From NCBI GenBank assembly GCA_965205485.1, contig OZ242180.1:3424001-3488000 (forward strand): a DNA stretch of 64,000 nt, read 5' to 3'. The notes below the pieces were generated by a model. The model did not search any database and was not told the DNA's origin. It was given only the letters and a program-made list of their open reading frames with translations. The translations under genes were made by a program, and so were the position numbers. Positions 40,611 through 51,253 of this stretch are shown in pieces; positions within the stretch are counted from its first letter, which is position 1, and every line of letters begins with the position of its first letter. The stretch is from Candidatus Latescibacterota bacterium. GTDB lineage: Bacteria > Latescibacterota > UBA2968 > GCA-2709665.

Positions 40611-41291
40611 ATGGCAAGGTTTATAGGCATTGGCGAGTGTGAATCTGTTTCGGGCGCCGCGGTTGTCATCGACGTGATGCGGGCGTATACCGTCGCCGCC
40701 TGGGCTTTGCATCTGGGCGCCGCGCGTATGATTCTGGTTGACGACCTTGATGTAGCCCTGGAGCTCAAGTCGCGATTTCCAGGATCTCTGGCATTGAAGG
40801 ACGGCGCGCCGGCAGAGGGCTTCGATCTGTACAATTCGCCCGCGGACATTCAGGAAGCGGATATTCGCGGCAAGACCATCGTGCAGCGGACAACCGCAGG
40901 AACGATCGGCGCCGTTGCCGTCCGCCACTGCAGGCCACTGATCTGCACGGGCTTCGTCTGCGCATCGGCCGTCGCCCGGAGATTGCGCGGCCTGGCGCCC
41001 GATGAGTTGACCTACGTGGTGACGGGCGAGGACGGAACGGCTGAAGAGGATCTCGCGTGCGCGGAATACGTCGATGCTCTCGTTCGAAATCCCGATACCG
41101 ATCATGCCCCGTATATCCAGCGGGCTTCAGAGTCCAAAGCGGCGGTCGATATCCGTCAGGCAGCGGCAGAGGGCTACCCGGGCATCAATCCACGAGACGT
41201 CGAAATGTGCGTGGATGTCAACCGTTTCAATTTTACGCTTGAAGCTTCGATGGAAGACGAGCTTCTCGTGCTGAGGAAACGTCAAGTATAG
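40611..41291 (+). CDS. 2-phosphosulfolactate phosphatase (ComB) family protein
   Basis: VVIDVMRAYT, NSP, TTAGT, EDLACA. Confidence 0.88.
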   Translation: MARFIGIGECESVSGAAVVIDVMRAYTVAAWALHLGAARMILVDDLDVALELKSRFPGSLALKDGAPAEGFDLYNSPADIQEADIRGKTIVQRTTAGTIGAVAVRHCRPLICTGFVCASAVARRLRGLAPDELTYVVTGEDGTAEEDLACAEYVDALVRNPDTDHAPYIQRASESKAAVDIRQAAAEGYPGINPRDVEMCVDVNRFNFTLEASMEDELLVLRKRQV

Positions 41292-41425
41292 GTTCCATTC
41301 ATTACGGGAGATCTGCCCGGCGGCACGTAACGCTTTCCGCCGACTTCTCGCCGGTCGAGTCACCGGGCCGATCCGGACGTTATCCGCGCTGCAATGTCAC
41401 ACTGATCCTCTGAAAGAGTACATCT

Positions 41426-42238
41426 GTGGAAGCTTCAAAGATTACGTTCGTCAGCGATCGGGATGGGACGTTCGATCTCTTCGTTATGAACCCGGACGGA
41501 AGCGATCAGACGAATATTACCTGTACCGACGGGTGGGAGGAAGATCATCCGCGATGGTCGCCCGACGGAAAGTGTATTGCGTATTGCGACCGGCGTCACG
41601 GTAAGGGGGAGATTTACCTGATCGATGTCGATGGGGGTCGATCCATACGACTGACTCATAATTCGGCTCCGGATCTTCGTCCGCATTGGTCGCCGGATGG
41701 GCAGACGCTCATCTTTACCACCGATCGCGACGACAACGTCGAAATCTTCGCGATGAACCGCGACGGCTCCAACCAGCGAAATCTGACCAATCATCCGGCG
41801 CGGGAACTCGAGTCGACCTGGTCTCCCGACGGCGCTCAGATTGCGTTTACCTCGGACCGCGATGGAAAGTCGCAGATATATGTGATGAACCCCGACGGCA
41901 GCCGCCAGCGAAGGCTGCACGTTTCGCACGGGGACGACGACGATCCTGCATGGTCGCCGGACGGCAGGTGGATTGCCTTCAAATCGGACCGAGACGGCGA
42001 CACGCAGATATACGTGATGAAAGCGGACGGGTCCGATCCCAGACGCCTCACCAAACTTGAAGGGGGTGTTGGCGAGGTCTCGTGGTCTCCGGACGGCCAT
42101 CAGATGGTCTTCACAGCCAAAGAAGACGGCCGCCAGCAGATTTATCGAATCGATTTCGACGGCGGGAACCTGATCAACCTGTCCAACAGTCGTGCTAACG
42201 ACTTCGCTCCGGATTGGGGACCAGCGATCGAGGCGTGA
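41426..42238 (+). CDS. TolB-like PD40 repeat beta-propeller protein
   Basis: Repeated P.WSPDG..IAF.SDRDG. Confidence 0.92.
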   Translation: MEASKITFVSDRDGTFDLFVMNPDGSDQTNITCTDGWEEDHPRWSPDGKCIAYCDRRHGKGEIYLIDVDGGRSIRLTHNSAPDLRPHWSPDGQTLIFTTDRDDNVEIFAMNRDGSNQRNLTNHPARELESTWSPDGAQIAFTSDRDGKSQIYVMNPDGSRQRRLHVSHGDDDDPAWSPDGRWIAFKSDRDGDTQIYVMKADGSDPRRLTKLEGGVGEVSWSPDGHQMVFTAKEDGRQQIYRIDFDGGNLINLSNSRANDFAPDWGPAIEA

Positions 42239-42315
42239 GCGATCAAGGCTTCCTGTCTGGTTGCGGGCACGTCCGCGCCACGCCCCTGATGTGTGTAGAA
42301 TAATGGAGGTTCGCA

Positions 42316-42696
42316 GTGCGATTCAACGGCATCTGCATCGTAACAGACAATGTGCCTCGATTATGCGCCTTCTACAGGAGGATTCTACAACTCCCACCTG
42401 AAGACGCGAACATCTTCGAGATTATTCCGACGGAGGGAGCGGTTTTGTCTATCTACTCATCGAAACGCACGGAGAATGCTGCGCCCGGATGCCTGGAGGG
42501 GTCAGGAAACGGCAGGTATACCATCGAGTTCGAAGTAGAAGACGTCGACCGGGAATTTGAACGTCTAACGGCGATGGATGTCGAGGTCGTCAAACCGCCC
42601 ACGACCCAACCATGGGGTCGCCGGTCCGTCTGGTTTCGCGATCCGGATCGCAACATCGTCAACTTCTACGCCAATACGCAGGTTCAAGGTGGCTGA
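42316..42696 (+). CDS. VOC family protein
   Basis: IEFEVEDVD, QPWGRRSVWFRDPDRN; GGAGG RBS. Confidence 0.9.
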   Translation: MRFNGICIVTDNVPRLCAFYRRILQLPPEDANIFEIIPTEGAVLSIYSSKRTENAAPGCLEGSGNGRYTIEFEVEDVDREFERLTAMDVEVVKPPTTQPWGRRSVWFRDPDRNIVNFYANTQVQGG

Positions 42697-42713
42697 GAAA
42701 GACGTAAACGGAC

Positions 42714-43652
42714 ATGACCTCGTCTCGAGTTAAACCGTGGCGTATTCGCCGATTGTATATGCTGGACCGGCAGGGTATCTGCGACGATGAGCTTCTTCTT
42801 GAGGTCGGATGGGGCCTCTTCGCCCGCGCGCAGGATGTGCTGGCGTTTCATCGCGCCCTCCGTGGAGAAGTCACCTGCGACAAGTGTCGGTCCATTGTCC
42901 ATCGCTCAATACGTGACCGGCAGCTTCAGACCAGAGAAGCCGAGGAGGCCCGCACCCGGTGTTTTCCTTGTCCGTCCTGCGGCCGAACCACTTCGTGGCC
43001 GGAATGCGCGAGTCCGCTGACGAAGAAGCCAAGGTGCCTCCGCTGCTGGGACAGTTTGCAGTGGCACTATTCCACAAACACGCTGTCGTGTTCTCGATGT
43101 AGCCGAAAGTGGCAATGGAACGTATACAGCAAATCGCCCAAGCGGCAGACCAGACTTCCATGCCCGCATTGCGGAGATATCATCCGGCGACCGAAACGAG
43201 AAAGACCGAAGCCGGTTGCGGCGGTTCCTGAAGGCGAATCAAGTGAGTTGACGTGTCCCAGGTGCGGCAGACCGGGCGCTCGTTGCGAAGGTTCATTCAA
43301 GTGCGCTCATTGCGGGTACGAACGCCCATGGCGCGCGTTTGCCAGGATGCTGAGAACGAAGGACGAACAACTGGAATGCGGCCAGTGCGGCCACACGTTC
43401 ACCTGGCACACGTGGCGGCGAGAACATAGTGATGCAAACATACGCACCGGGAATACAGCCGGGATTCGTGCGTTTGTATCGCAGTGGAAAACCGCGAAGA
43501 CCCCTCAGGCGCAGATGATCGAGATCGACAACCTGCTGCACACGATCCATGGCCGGGGCGCGATGGCGGCTGTTTTCATCGAGGGCAACCAGCAGACGGC
43601 AGCAGAGCTGCTGGATGAACTGGCCGGCCACGACACGACCACGGCGAAGTAG
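42714..43652 (+). CDS. Hypothetical multi-zinc-ribbon protein
   Basis: Eight CxxC motifs. Confidence 0.7.
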   Translation: MTSSRVKPWRIRRLYMLDRQGICDDELLLEVGWGLFARAQDVLAFHRALRGEVTCDKCRSIVHRSIRDRQLQTREAEEARTRCFPCPSCGRTTSWPECASPLTKKPRCLRCWDSLQWHYSTNTLSCSRCSRKWQWNVYSKSPKRQTRLPCPHCGDIIRRPKRERPKPVAAVPEGESSELTCPRCGRPGARCEGSFKCAHCGYERPWRAFARMLRTKDEQLECGQCGHTFTWHTWRREHSDANIRTGNTAGIRAFVSQWKTAKTPQAQMIEIDNLLHTIHGRGAMAAVFIEGNQQTAAELLDELAGHDTTTAK

Positions 43653-43711
43653 ACGCGCTAGTTAAAGCTGATTTCGTATATACAGCGGCACCGCTATCAC
43701 GAAAGCGCTGA

Positions 43712-44532
43712 ATGGATCGAATAGCGGCACATTACGGGAAAAAGAGCGAAAGCCAACGCCTCCTGAGCGGCCGGGGCGAACTGGAATTCGTCCGCACGAA
43801 GCGGATCATCGAACAGTTTCTGCCGTACGAAACCGGACTGTCGATCGCCGACGTCGGCGGAGGTTCCGGTCCCTACGCGTTCTGGCTTGCCGGGAAGGGA
43901 CATCGGGTCTCCCTGTTCGATCTGGTCCCCAAACACATTGATGAGGCTGTGTCGATTAACAGGACCGCGCGAAGACCTCTCGCCCGGATCGAGGTCGCCG
44001 ATGTACGGTCGATCGAACTTGGATCCGGACAGCACGACGTCGTGTTGCTCCTGGGACCGCTGTATCATCTCACCAGCGCAAAGGAACGCAGGCAGGTCCT
44101 GCGGAAAGCCGCCGATTGGCTGTCACCCGACGGCGTCGGGTACGTGGCATACATCTCACGGTTTGCGTCGATGCTGGATGGTTTCACGCAACGACTCTAC
44201 GTAGACCCGGAATTCCTGGATATTGTGAAGCAGGACCTGGAAACGGGCGTCCACAGACCCAACAGGGACAATACGAGGTACTTTACCGACGCGTATTTCC
44301 ACCATCCCGATGAGATCGAACGGGAAGCCGAGGAGGCGCATCTACAGGTCGTGGACCTCATCGCGCCGTGGAGGGAATTGCCTGGATGTGGCAGAATTTC
44401 GACGAGATGTGGGCAGACCCGCGAGAACGCGCGATCATGCTCGAGATGGTCGACCGAACGGACCGGGACCGTTCGCTCATGGGCGCAAGCAGCCACATTC
44501 TTCTGGTTTTCAAGAAGCAGGCCGTCGAGTGA
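43712..44532 (+). pseudogene. SAM-dependent methyltransferase with frameshift near 44363
   Basis: ADVGGGSG, LLLGPLYHL; the natural C-terminus VEGIAW..SSHILL lies in another frame. Confidence 0.8.
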
Positions 44533-44889
44533 CGACAGGAATTGCACCAAACGGAAACGCCCCGTTGTCAAAATGGGCAACCCGAAAACATGGTTCTACG
44601 TACTTCGCAACACTTCGACGAGCTCAGGTAATTGCCTACGAAAGGGACACCGGTCGAGGTTTACCAGCCAGATTTAGTGCATCGGCCTATTGACTTTCAT
44701 TGAGCTATACCAGACGCCGGCATTGACCATGTAATTACCGCTTTTCGAAGCAACTCATCGACGAATGGCAGTACATTTCATCTCCGCGGCTAAGGGAGGA
44801 ATCGAAATCGCCAATAGGGATGATTCAGAGCATTGAGACGACGTACGTTTGGAATCATCACTACCCGACGAATCTCGCGAAAACTACTT

Positions 44890-44918
44890 TTGCCTTGGTG
44901 AGGTTTTGGGTGTAGACT
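44890..44918 (+). promoter_or_regulatory. Putative sigma70 promoter
   Basis: TTGCCT-17bp-TAGACT upstream of the GNAT gene with GGAGG RBS. Confidence 0.45.
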
Positions 44919-44985
44919 GCGCGGCCGGGTTAGGGATGATTATTTGCAATTGATTGGGCGCAATTGATGAACGTAGGAGGCAACA

Positions 44986-45387
44986 ATGCGCATTCGGGAG
45001 TTCAAGTTATCAGATGCTGAATGCCTTGTGGAGATTCTTCGACTGAATGGCCAATATTCCAGGGCAGATGTTGAAGGACCAGACGCTATGGAGAGATTCG
45101 CTCAACACGACATAACGCTGTTCCTGGTAGCCGAGGAAGCAGGTCGACCGACGGGATTGTTGCGCGCCGTATATGACGGCTCAAGAGCTATGGTACACCT
45201 TCTTTCGATACATCCTGAATTTCGTGGCAAGGGAGTCGGTTCAGATCTGCTTTCAGCTGCTCAAACCGAACTACGGCGCCGTGGCGCTCCTGGACTAAGT
45301 GTTACTGTAACCGAGGAGAGTGCAGGATTTTGGGAAAGGCACGGGTTTAGCCGCTTACCGGTCTTCCTGATGCTAAAGGACTTCTGA
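44986..45387 (+). CDS. GNAT family N-acetyltransferase
   Basis: IHPEFRGKGVG, FWERHGF. Confidence 0.9.
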   Translation: MRIREFKLSDAECLVEILRLNGQYSRADVEGPDAMERFAQHDITLFLVAEEAGRPTGLLRAVYDGSRAMVHLLSIHPEFRGKGVGSDLLSAAQTELRRRGAPGLSVTVTEESAGFWERHGFSRLPVFLMLKDF

Positions 45388-45653
45388 TAACATTGAGATA
45401 ATGAACAACGTTTAACGCCTCGATCTGTCGGAACACTCTGATTTGCTTCGTGAAACCGGATCAGTTCTGCGTAAAGATCCGAAATTGCAGAAAATCCTGC
45501 GGGTGATGGTGTGGCAAGATTCGCAGATTACGCAAATTTAACGCGGTTGATCCGGCAACCTGGATATGTCACGCGGTATACGGACAAAAATGGCACGGAC
45601 ATTCGTCAATCTAAGCAAACATACGTGAGAGTTGAGAAAGGAGAGGAACAGGC

Positions 45654-46988
45654 ATGCTTCGAATCCAATTGACAATCGCGCAGACGTTGATTGCTGCGCT
45701 GATCCCCATTTCCTCGGTGATTGCCGACGAGTGGCCGCAGTGGCGAGGGCCGAACCGGGACGGTGTATGGCGTGAAACCGGAATATTGGAGGCGTTCGAC
45801 GGGCCGGGGGTCCCGATCCGCTGGCGGGTGCCCATCGGCAGCGGCTACAGCGGCCCGAGCGTCGCCGATGGACGTGTCTACGTTACCGACCGGCTGGCGA
45901 AACCGAAACAGGTTGAACGGGTCCGTTGTTTCGCGTGGGAAACGGGAGAACTGCTATGGTCCTACACGTACGACTGCGAGTACAGAATTGACTACGTTGC
46001 CGGCCCCCGGGCGACGGTTACCGTGCATAAGGGTCTGGCCTACGCCCTCGGGGCGATGGGTCATCTCCACTGTTTCGATGCGGTCACGGGCGAATTGAAG
46101 TGGAAAAGAGAATTGAACGCGGAATACAATATCGCGATGCCGACGTGGGGCATCGCCAGCGCGCCTATCGTCGAAGGATCGAACCTGATCGTACAGATCG
46201 GCGGCACGCCCGATGCATGCATTGTCGCGTTCGACCGGGAAACGGGAGCAGAGAGATGGAAAGCCCTTGGCGATAAGGCATCTTATTCCGCCCCAATTGT
46301 GATTACGCAGGGCACGGCGCGCGTTCTGGTCGTTCGGACGGCTGAGAGCATCGCCGGTCTCAATCCGCAGACCGGCGGCGTATATTGGCGCCATCCGTTT
46401 CCGCCAAATCGCATGGAGATCGGAATCGCAAGTCCGGTCCTTTATCGGAACGAGTTGTTTTTTACTGACTTCTTTGACGGCTCGCTGCTGCTGATTTTGA
46501 ATCCGGACGAACCATCGATGAAACCCGGCTGGCACCGCAGGGGAGAGAGCGAAAGAAACACGGACGCGCTCCATTCGACGATGTCGACCCCGGTCCGCAT
46601 TGGCGAATTCATTTACGGCGTGGACAGCTACGGGGAACTCCGCTGTCTCGACGCCCGCAACGGCGATCGCATCTGGGAAGACCTCACGGCGGTACCCAAA
46701 GCCCGTTGGAGCAACATCCATTTTATCAGGAACGGAGACAGGGTCTGGATGTTCAATGAACGGGGAGAACTGTTGATCACCACGCTCTCGCCGGACGGGC
46801 TGAACATCATCAGCCGCGCGAAACTCATCGAACCCACGCGAGACCAGTTGAATCGCAGAGGCGGCGTCACGTGGTCGCATCCCGCTTTCGCCTATAAACA
46901 CGTGTTCGCCCGAAACGACGAGGAACTGGTCTGCGCCAGTCTGGCGAAGTCTGAAAGCGCGGGAGATCACGCCCCGGGAAACCGATAA
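45654..46988 (+). CDS. Secreted PQQ-like beta-propeller repeat protein
   Basis: Signal peptide; DEWPQWRGPNRDG, GYSGP, WSHPA. Confidence 0.9.
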   Translation: MLRIQLTIAQTLIAALIPISSVIADEWPQWRGPNRDGVWRETGILEAFDGPGVPIRWRVPIGSGYSGPSVADGRVYVTDRLAKPKQVERVRCFAWETGELLWSYTYDCEYRIDYVAGPRATVTVHKGLAYALGAMGHLHCFDAVTGELKWKRELNAEYNIAMPTWGIASAPIVEGSNLIVQIGGTPDACIVAFDRETGAERWKALGDKASYSAPIVITQGTARVLVVRTAESIAGLNPQTGGVYWRHPFPPNRMEIGIASPVLYRNELFFTDFFDGSLLLILNPDEPSMKPGWHRRGESERNTDALHSTMSTPVRIGEFIYGVDSYGELRCLDARNGDRIWEDLTAVPKARWSNIHFIRNGDRVWMFNERGELLITTLSPDGLNIISRAKLIEPTRDQLNRRGGVTWSHPAFAYKHVFARNDEELVCASLAKSESAGDHAPGNR

Positions 46989-47040
46989 TGCACGCCTGCA
47001 ATGTCCATCCCACCTTCACACCCGCTTCCCGAGCAGCCGA

Positions 47041-48111
47041 ATGTCGTTAGAGCACGCGGATCCGGATAACTCGCCGCCGGAAGACTCTGCAGTTCTTGAA
47101 GCCATCCTGATTGGGCCTCAACTTGAACGTTTCTGTGACGAGTTCGGGCTGACGCCTGGAGAGCTCGAACCCGACTTCACCGGATGGTCCAAGCACATCA
47201 TCAAGTCTCCGGATCATGTCTTTCTGTTTCCAAGACATCCAAAATACCAGTGTTCTCTGAATGTCGAGTTGGAACTATACAGGCTCTTCAGCGAACTGGA
47301 TCAATTGCCCGTGCCCAGGCACGTAAGGGCGGTCGAGAACCGCGAATTGAGCCCGTACCGGTTCGGCGTTGTCACGCGGCTGCACGGGATCCTGCTCGGA
47401 AACATCGAACACAGGTTAGGCGCAAGCGACTATGAGGAATTGCTTCGCACGATCGGACGGCTCACGGCGATCTGGCACAACCTTGATTTGGGTCATAAAA
47501 CTGATTTCCTGAAACCACTGTCTCAGGATATGGACGGCGATCATGGCGACTCGTATCGATGGCTGTATGGGGCGCTGCGTTCGGGTTTGCCGGGCGAAGC
47601 ACCGGATTTAATCGCTTCATCGGTCCGCGAATTGGCTGCAGGAGGCGGCACGGAGGATTTCGGTGACCTGAACTCCGCCTCGACGATAGACCAGTGGCAG
47701 AGGGCGTTGTCAGAATTGGCGGGGATGGACGACGTGCTGCTTCATGGCGATATCCACGAAGACCAGATTCTCGTCCGTTCCGAACGGGACCTGGAAGTAA
47801 CCGGGATCCTGGACTGGGGAAACGCAGGTTTCGGGAATCCCGCCCTTGAGTTCAACTTCGGAGAATGGGGCGCTGAGATCTGGCGTTACCGGGATAGATT
47901 CGGCACGTTTAGAGAGGTAATCTGGCGGGAGTACCTTCACGCACTGGGACTTGACGGACCGTCGTGGGAGGCCATACACATCCTTTACACCCTGCAGGAA
48001 CTCATCTGGACGATGACTGCGCGAAAGCCCATCGGAAACGAAGGTGGATCGTACGAGTCCGAAATGCGAAGGCTGCTTCGGATATTGAGAGAGACGACAG
48101 AAATGCTTTGA
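47041..48111 (+). CDS. APH-family phosphotransferase
   Basis: LLHGDIHEDQIL, GILDWG. Confidence 0.85.
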   Translation: MSLEHADPDNSPPEDSAVLEAILIGPQLERFCDEFGLTPGELEPDFTGWSKHIIKSPDHVFLFPRHPKYQCSLNVELELYRLFSELDQLPVPRHVRAVENRELSPYRFGVVTRLHGILLGNIEHRLGASDYEELLRTIGRLTAIWHNLDLGHKTDFLKPLSQDMDGDHGDSYRWLYGALRSGLPGEAPDLIASSVRELAAGGGTEDFGDLNSASTIDQWQRALSELAGMDDVLLHGDIHEDQILVRSERDLEVTGILDWGNAGFGNPALEFNFGEWGAEIWRYRDRFGTFREVIWREYLHALGLDGPSWEAIHILYTLQELIWTMTARKPIGNEGGSYESEMRRLLRILRETTEML

Positions 48112-48142
48112 AAAGTGAGTTCGCGATCCGTGTGAGATTGAG

Positions 48143-48835
48143 ATGATTAATGTATTGTTGTTCGACGTCGGGGAGACCATTCTCGATGCCGAAGGTCAGC
48201 AGGATGCCCTGATGGAAGTGCATCGAACCACACTTGCCAGATTCGGATTCGAAATGTCCGTTGAAGAGTACCGGCTTCTGGACAGTGACAAGATATCGCA
48301 GTTCGTTCCGAGTCCCATGCACGCCATCACCCGGCACTTTGCCGGATCTGACGCGTCCCTCTTCGATGAGATTACAGAGCAGGTGCGATCTCACTATCCG
48401 GAGATTCGGTCTCTCGGGTATCGCCTTTATTCCGGAGCCGCTGTGATACTGGAGCAGTTGGCTGAGAAATACACGCTCGCGCTGGCCGGCAACGCGCCGG
48501 CGAGTATCACAAACGTCCTCGACGATCTTGGCGTACTCCGCTGGTTTCAACACAGGGAGGTGTCGGGTAGTATTGGGATCAAAAAGCCCGATGAGCGTTT
48601 CTTTCACACGATACTCGACATGGGCGGATTTTCGCCTTCGCAGGCGATCATGATCGGTGATCGCCTCGACAACGATATCATTCCGGCAAAAAGGCTTGGC
48701 ATCCGGACCATCTGGTTCCGGCAGGGGAGATATGCCGCGCTGGAACCACGGGAACCGGATGAAGTCCCGGACGAGACGATTACCAACCTGGAAGACCTGC
48801 CCTCGGCGGTAGCTTCAATCACGAAGAGGGTCTGA
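48143..48835 (+). CDS. HAD-superfamily hydrolase
   Basis: FDVGET, KPD, IGDRLDND. Confidence 0.92.
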   Translation: MINVLLFDVGETILDAEGQQDALMEVHRTTLARFGFEMSVEEYRLLDSDKISQFVPSPMHAITRHFAGSDASLFDEITEQVRSHYPEIRSLGYRLYSGAAVILEQLAEKYTLALAGNAPASITNVLDDLGVLRWFQHREVSGSIGIKKPDERFFHTILDMGGFSPSQAIMIGDRLDNDIIPAKRLGIRTIWFRQGRYAALEPREPDEVPDETITNLEDLPSAVASITKRV

Positions 48836-48925
48836 ATTTCGACGGCGGTACGTTGCATATATTGCGGCGCTTTCCGTTACGCAAGCCGTGTCAAAAAGTC
48901 AGCAGCCGTTGGGAGGTCGATTTAA

Positions 48926-49729
48926 ATGGCCAAAGACATCTCCGCCAGGCCGCGGCAATACTGGGATGAATACGCGTCCCGGTTCAAGCATAGAAGCCTT
49001 GCGGATGCCTACGAGCTTCGTCCGCCATATCCGGACGAGGCGTATGAAATAATGAGAGAGTTGCTTGGTGCGTCGCCGGGCAGGATCCTGGACGTCGGAT
49101 GCGGGACGGGTAAGATCGCGCGGAACCTCGTCGAATACGTGGATGGTGTGGATGCAGTTGACTTTTCGTACGAGATGATTCGCGTCGGACAGTCACTGAA
49201 CAACGGGGATCATCCGCGTCTCAGATGGATCTGTGGCCGGACGGAGGACGTGGATCTGAACCCCCCGTATTCCCTGGTGACAGCGGGCGCCAGTATTCAT
49301 TGGATGGAGTGGAGCAAGGTCTTTCCGAGATTCAGGCAAGCGTTGCCGGATTGTGGGTACGTTGTCATTGTGGACGGCGACAGGCCCGTCGAGCCGCCCT
49401 GGCGGGATGCAGAGCTTGTGTTGATTCGAGAGTTTTCGACGAACCCGCACTATGAGGACGTCGACCTGATTCAGGAACTCAAACAGCGGGGACACCTTCT
49501 CCCGTTCGGAGACAAACAGACTGAACCCGTTCATTTTTCGCAATCGATACGGGACTACGTCGGTTCGTTTCATTCGCGCGAAAGTATGTCAGTCGAACAC
49601 ATGGGCAGGAAAAACGCGGCGGTCTTCGATGCCGAATTGACGAGCATCCTCCGCGACTACGCGGATGAAGCCGGGATGCTGAGCTTTATTCTCCAGACGC
49701 GGGTTTCGTGGGGAAGGCCGCTCGGCTAG
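48926..49729 (+). CDS. Class I SAM-dependent methyltransferase
   Basis: RPPYP, ILDVGCGTG, SIHWM. Confidence 0.92.
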   Translation: MAKDISARPRQYWDEYASRFKHRSLADAYELRPPYPDEAYEIMRELLGASPGRILDVGCGTGKIARNLVEYVDGVDAVDFSYEMIRVGQSLNNGDHPRLRWICGRTEDVDLNPPYSLVTAGASIHWMEWSKVFPRFRQALPDCGYVVIVDGDRPVEPPWRDAELVLIREFSTNPHYEDVDLIQELKQRGHLLPFGDKQTEPVHFSQSIRDYVGSFHSRESMSVEHMGRKNAAVFDAELTSILRDYADEAGMLSFILQTRVSWGRPLG

Positions 49730-49751
49730 AGAAATCAGCGGATTGCCGAGC

Positions 49752-49793
49752 GGAGGCCGGGCGCACACAGGGGACGCTCGTGCCTGTCAATGA
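49752..49793 (-). repeat. Degenerate REP family 1 copy with flanks
   Basis: GGAGGCCGGGCGC is the reverse complement of 4389-4401; TGTCAATGA also follows the 54921 copy. Confidence 0.6.
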
Positions 49794-49829
49794 TGTCCAA
49801 ACAACCACGCCGGGACGAAAGGAGCAGCA

Positions 49830-50201
49830 ATGAAGATGAGTAATCCCTACCGATCTGCAGTCGGAGTCGCGCTTGCGACAGCGTTGATACTCCTCTGGGT
49901 GAACGGCGCGGTCGGCGTGATCGGATCGGAGAACAACGACGCGAACCTGATGTATATCGGCGTGCTCGGCATTGGAGTCATCGGCGCCGTCGTCGCGCGA
50001 TTCCAGCCGCGCGGCATGTCATTCGCGCTGTTCGCCACGGCGATCGCTCAGGCGCTCGTGACCCTGGTGGCGATAATCGGAGAGTTGGGCTCTCCAGCCA
50101 GCGGTTCGCTGGATCTCTTGCTCCTGAACGGGCTCTTCATCGCTTTATGGGTCATGTCGGCCTGTTTGTTCCGGCAGACCGCGCGGACTGCCGCCGCTTG
50201 A
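49830..50201 (+). CDS. Small 4-TM membrane protein
   Basis: AGGAG RBS; LWVNGAVGVIGSE; four hydrophobic segments. Confidence 0.85.
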   Translation: MKMSNPYRSAVGVALATALILLWVNGAVGVIGSENNDANLMYIGVLGIGVIGAVVARFQPRGMSFALFATAIAQALVTLVAIIGELGSPASGSLDLLLLNGLFIALWVMSACLFRQTARTAAA

Positions 50202-50219
50202 GGTCGGGAAGAGCAACCC

Positions 50220-51036
50220 ATGACTTCGTCTGAAACGGCGCCGCCTCTCGGTACATTCTCCTGGTTCGGCTACGAACTGCCTCTCTCTGATCGCCTGAGG
50301 TTGATCAGGAAGAGTGGTTTCAGTCACACGTTTCTGTGGATGGGAAATCAGGAACCGATGGTTGAATCCGGTCGTGCTCACGAAATGCCCGCAATGACTG
50401 CAGATGCCGGACTCGCCATTGATCACGTCCATGCGTCATACGACAATGCGAATGCGTTCTGGTCCGACAGCCCCGCCGAACGCGATGTTGTGGTCGATGA
50501 GAACCTTGAGCTGATCGAGTACTGCTGCCGGCATTCCATTTCCTGCATCGTGCTGCACGTCACGAAGGGGCCAACACCGCCTCCGTCTCGCACGGAAGGC
50601 CTGGAGATCTTTCGAAGACTGGGAGAGGAGGCGGCAAGAAGCGGGATCAGGTTGGCGCTCGAGAATACAAGGGTTACCGGTCGTGTGGACTTCATTCTGA
50701 ATGAGCTTCCTCTTGAGAGCCTGGGCTTGTGCTACGACAGTTCGCACGACACCCTGTATTCCGATACGCCCGGCGTTGTGCTTGGACAAGTGGGCGCATC
50801 GTCTCTTCACGACGCACTTTTCGGACACTGACGGTCGGGCTGACGTTCACTGGCTGCCGATGAAGGGAATCGTAAATTGGGATGCTGTATCCAGTGCGTA
50901 TCCCTCGTCGCACCCGGGCCCGATAATGATTGAGGCGGTCCCCCAAGACCCCGCGCAACCACCCGCTGAGTTTCTCGATGATGCGTACCGGACGGCAGTC
51001 AGACTGAGAGAGAGGCTGCTTGCCGGACACGAGTAG
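50220..51036 (+). pseudogene. Sugar phosphate isomerase/AP endonuclease 2 TIM barrel with frameshift near 50784
   Basis: LALEN, CYDSSH, then HFSD..DVHWLP..G.VNW..MIE in the shifted frame. Confidence 0.8.
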
Positions 51037-51103
51037 CGACGATAAGTCGAATTGACACGCCGTTCGCAATTGGTCCGGAGGCGGTCCATTAAGAAAGTAC
51101 GGT

Positions 51104-51159
51104 CAGAGGCAGTAATGGACGAAGCGAAACGGCGGGCGCCGACAAGGGACGCCCCTACA
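51104..51159 (+). repeat. Empty-site copy of the sulfotransferase gene flanks, including a REP family 1 copy (51134-51158, minus strand)
   Basis: 25/27 identity to 54103-54129 directly followed by 26/29 identity to 54918-54946. Confidence 0.85.
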
Positions 51160-51253
51160 GGGCGAGGAGCAGCGTTCGCGGTCTGGCGAACTGACACCCG
51201 ACAAGCAGCTCTGGTAGTTGTCTCGCGGAATCCACACCAAACAGGAGACACGA

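Noticed and set aside
41426..42238. Nucleotide repeats suggesting a DGR template/variable repeat pair
   Set aside because: Explained by PD40 protein repeats; no reverse transcriptase in the window and no adenine-specific pattern noticed.
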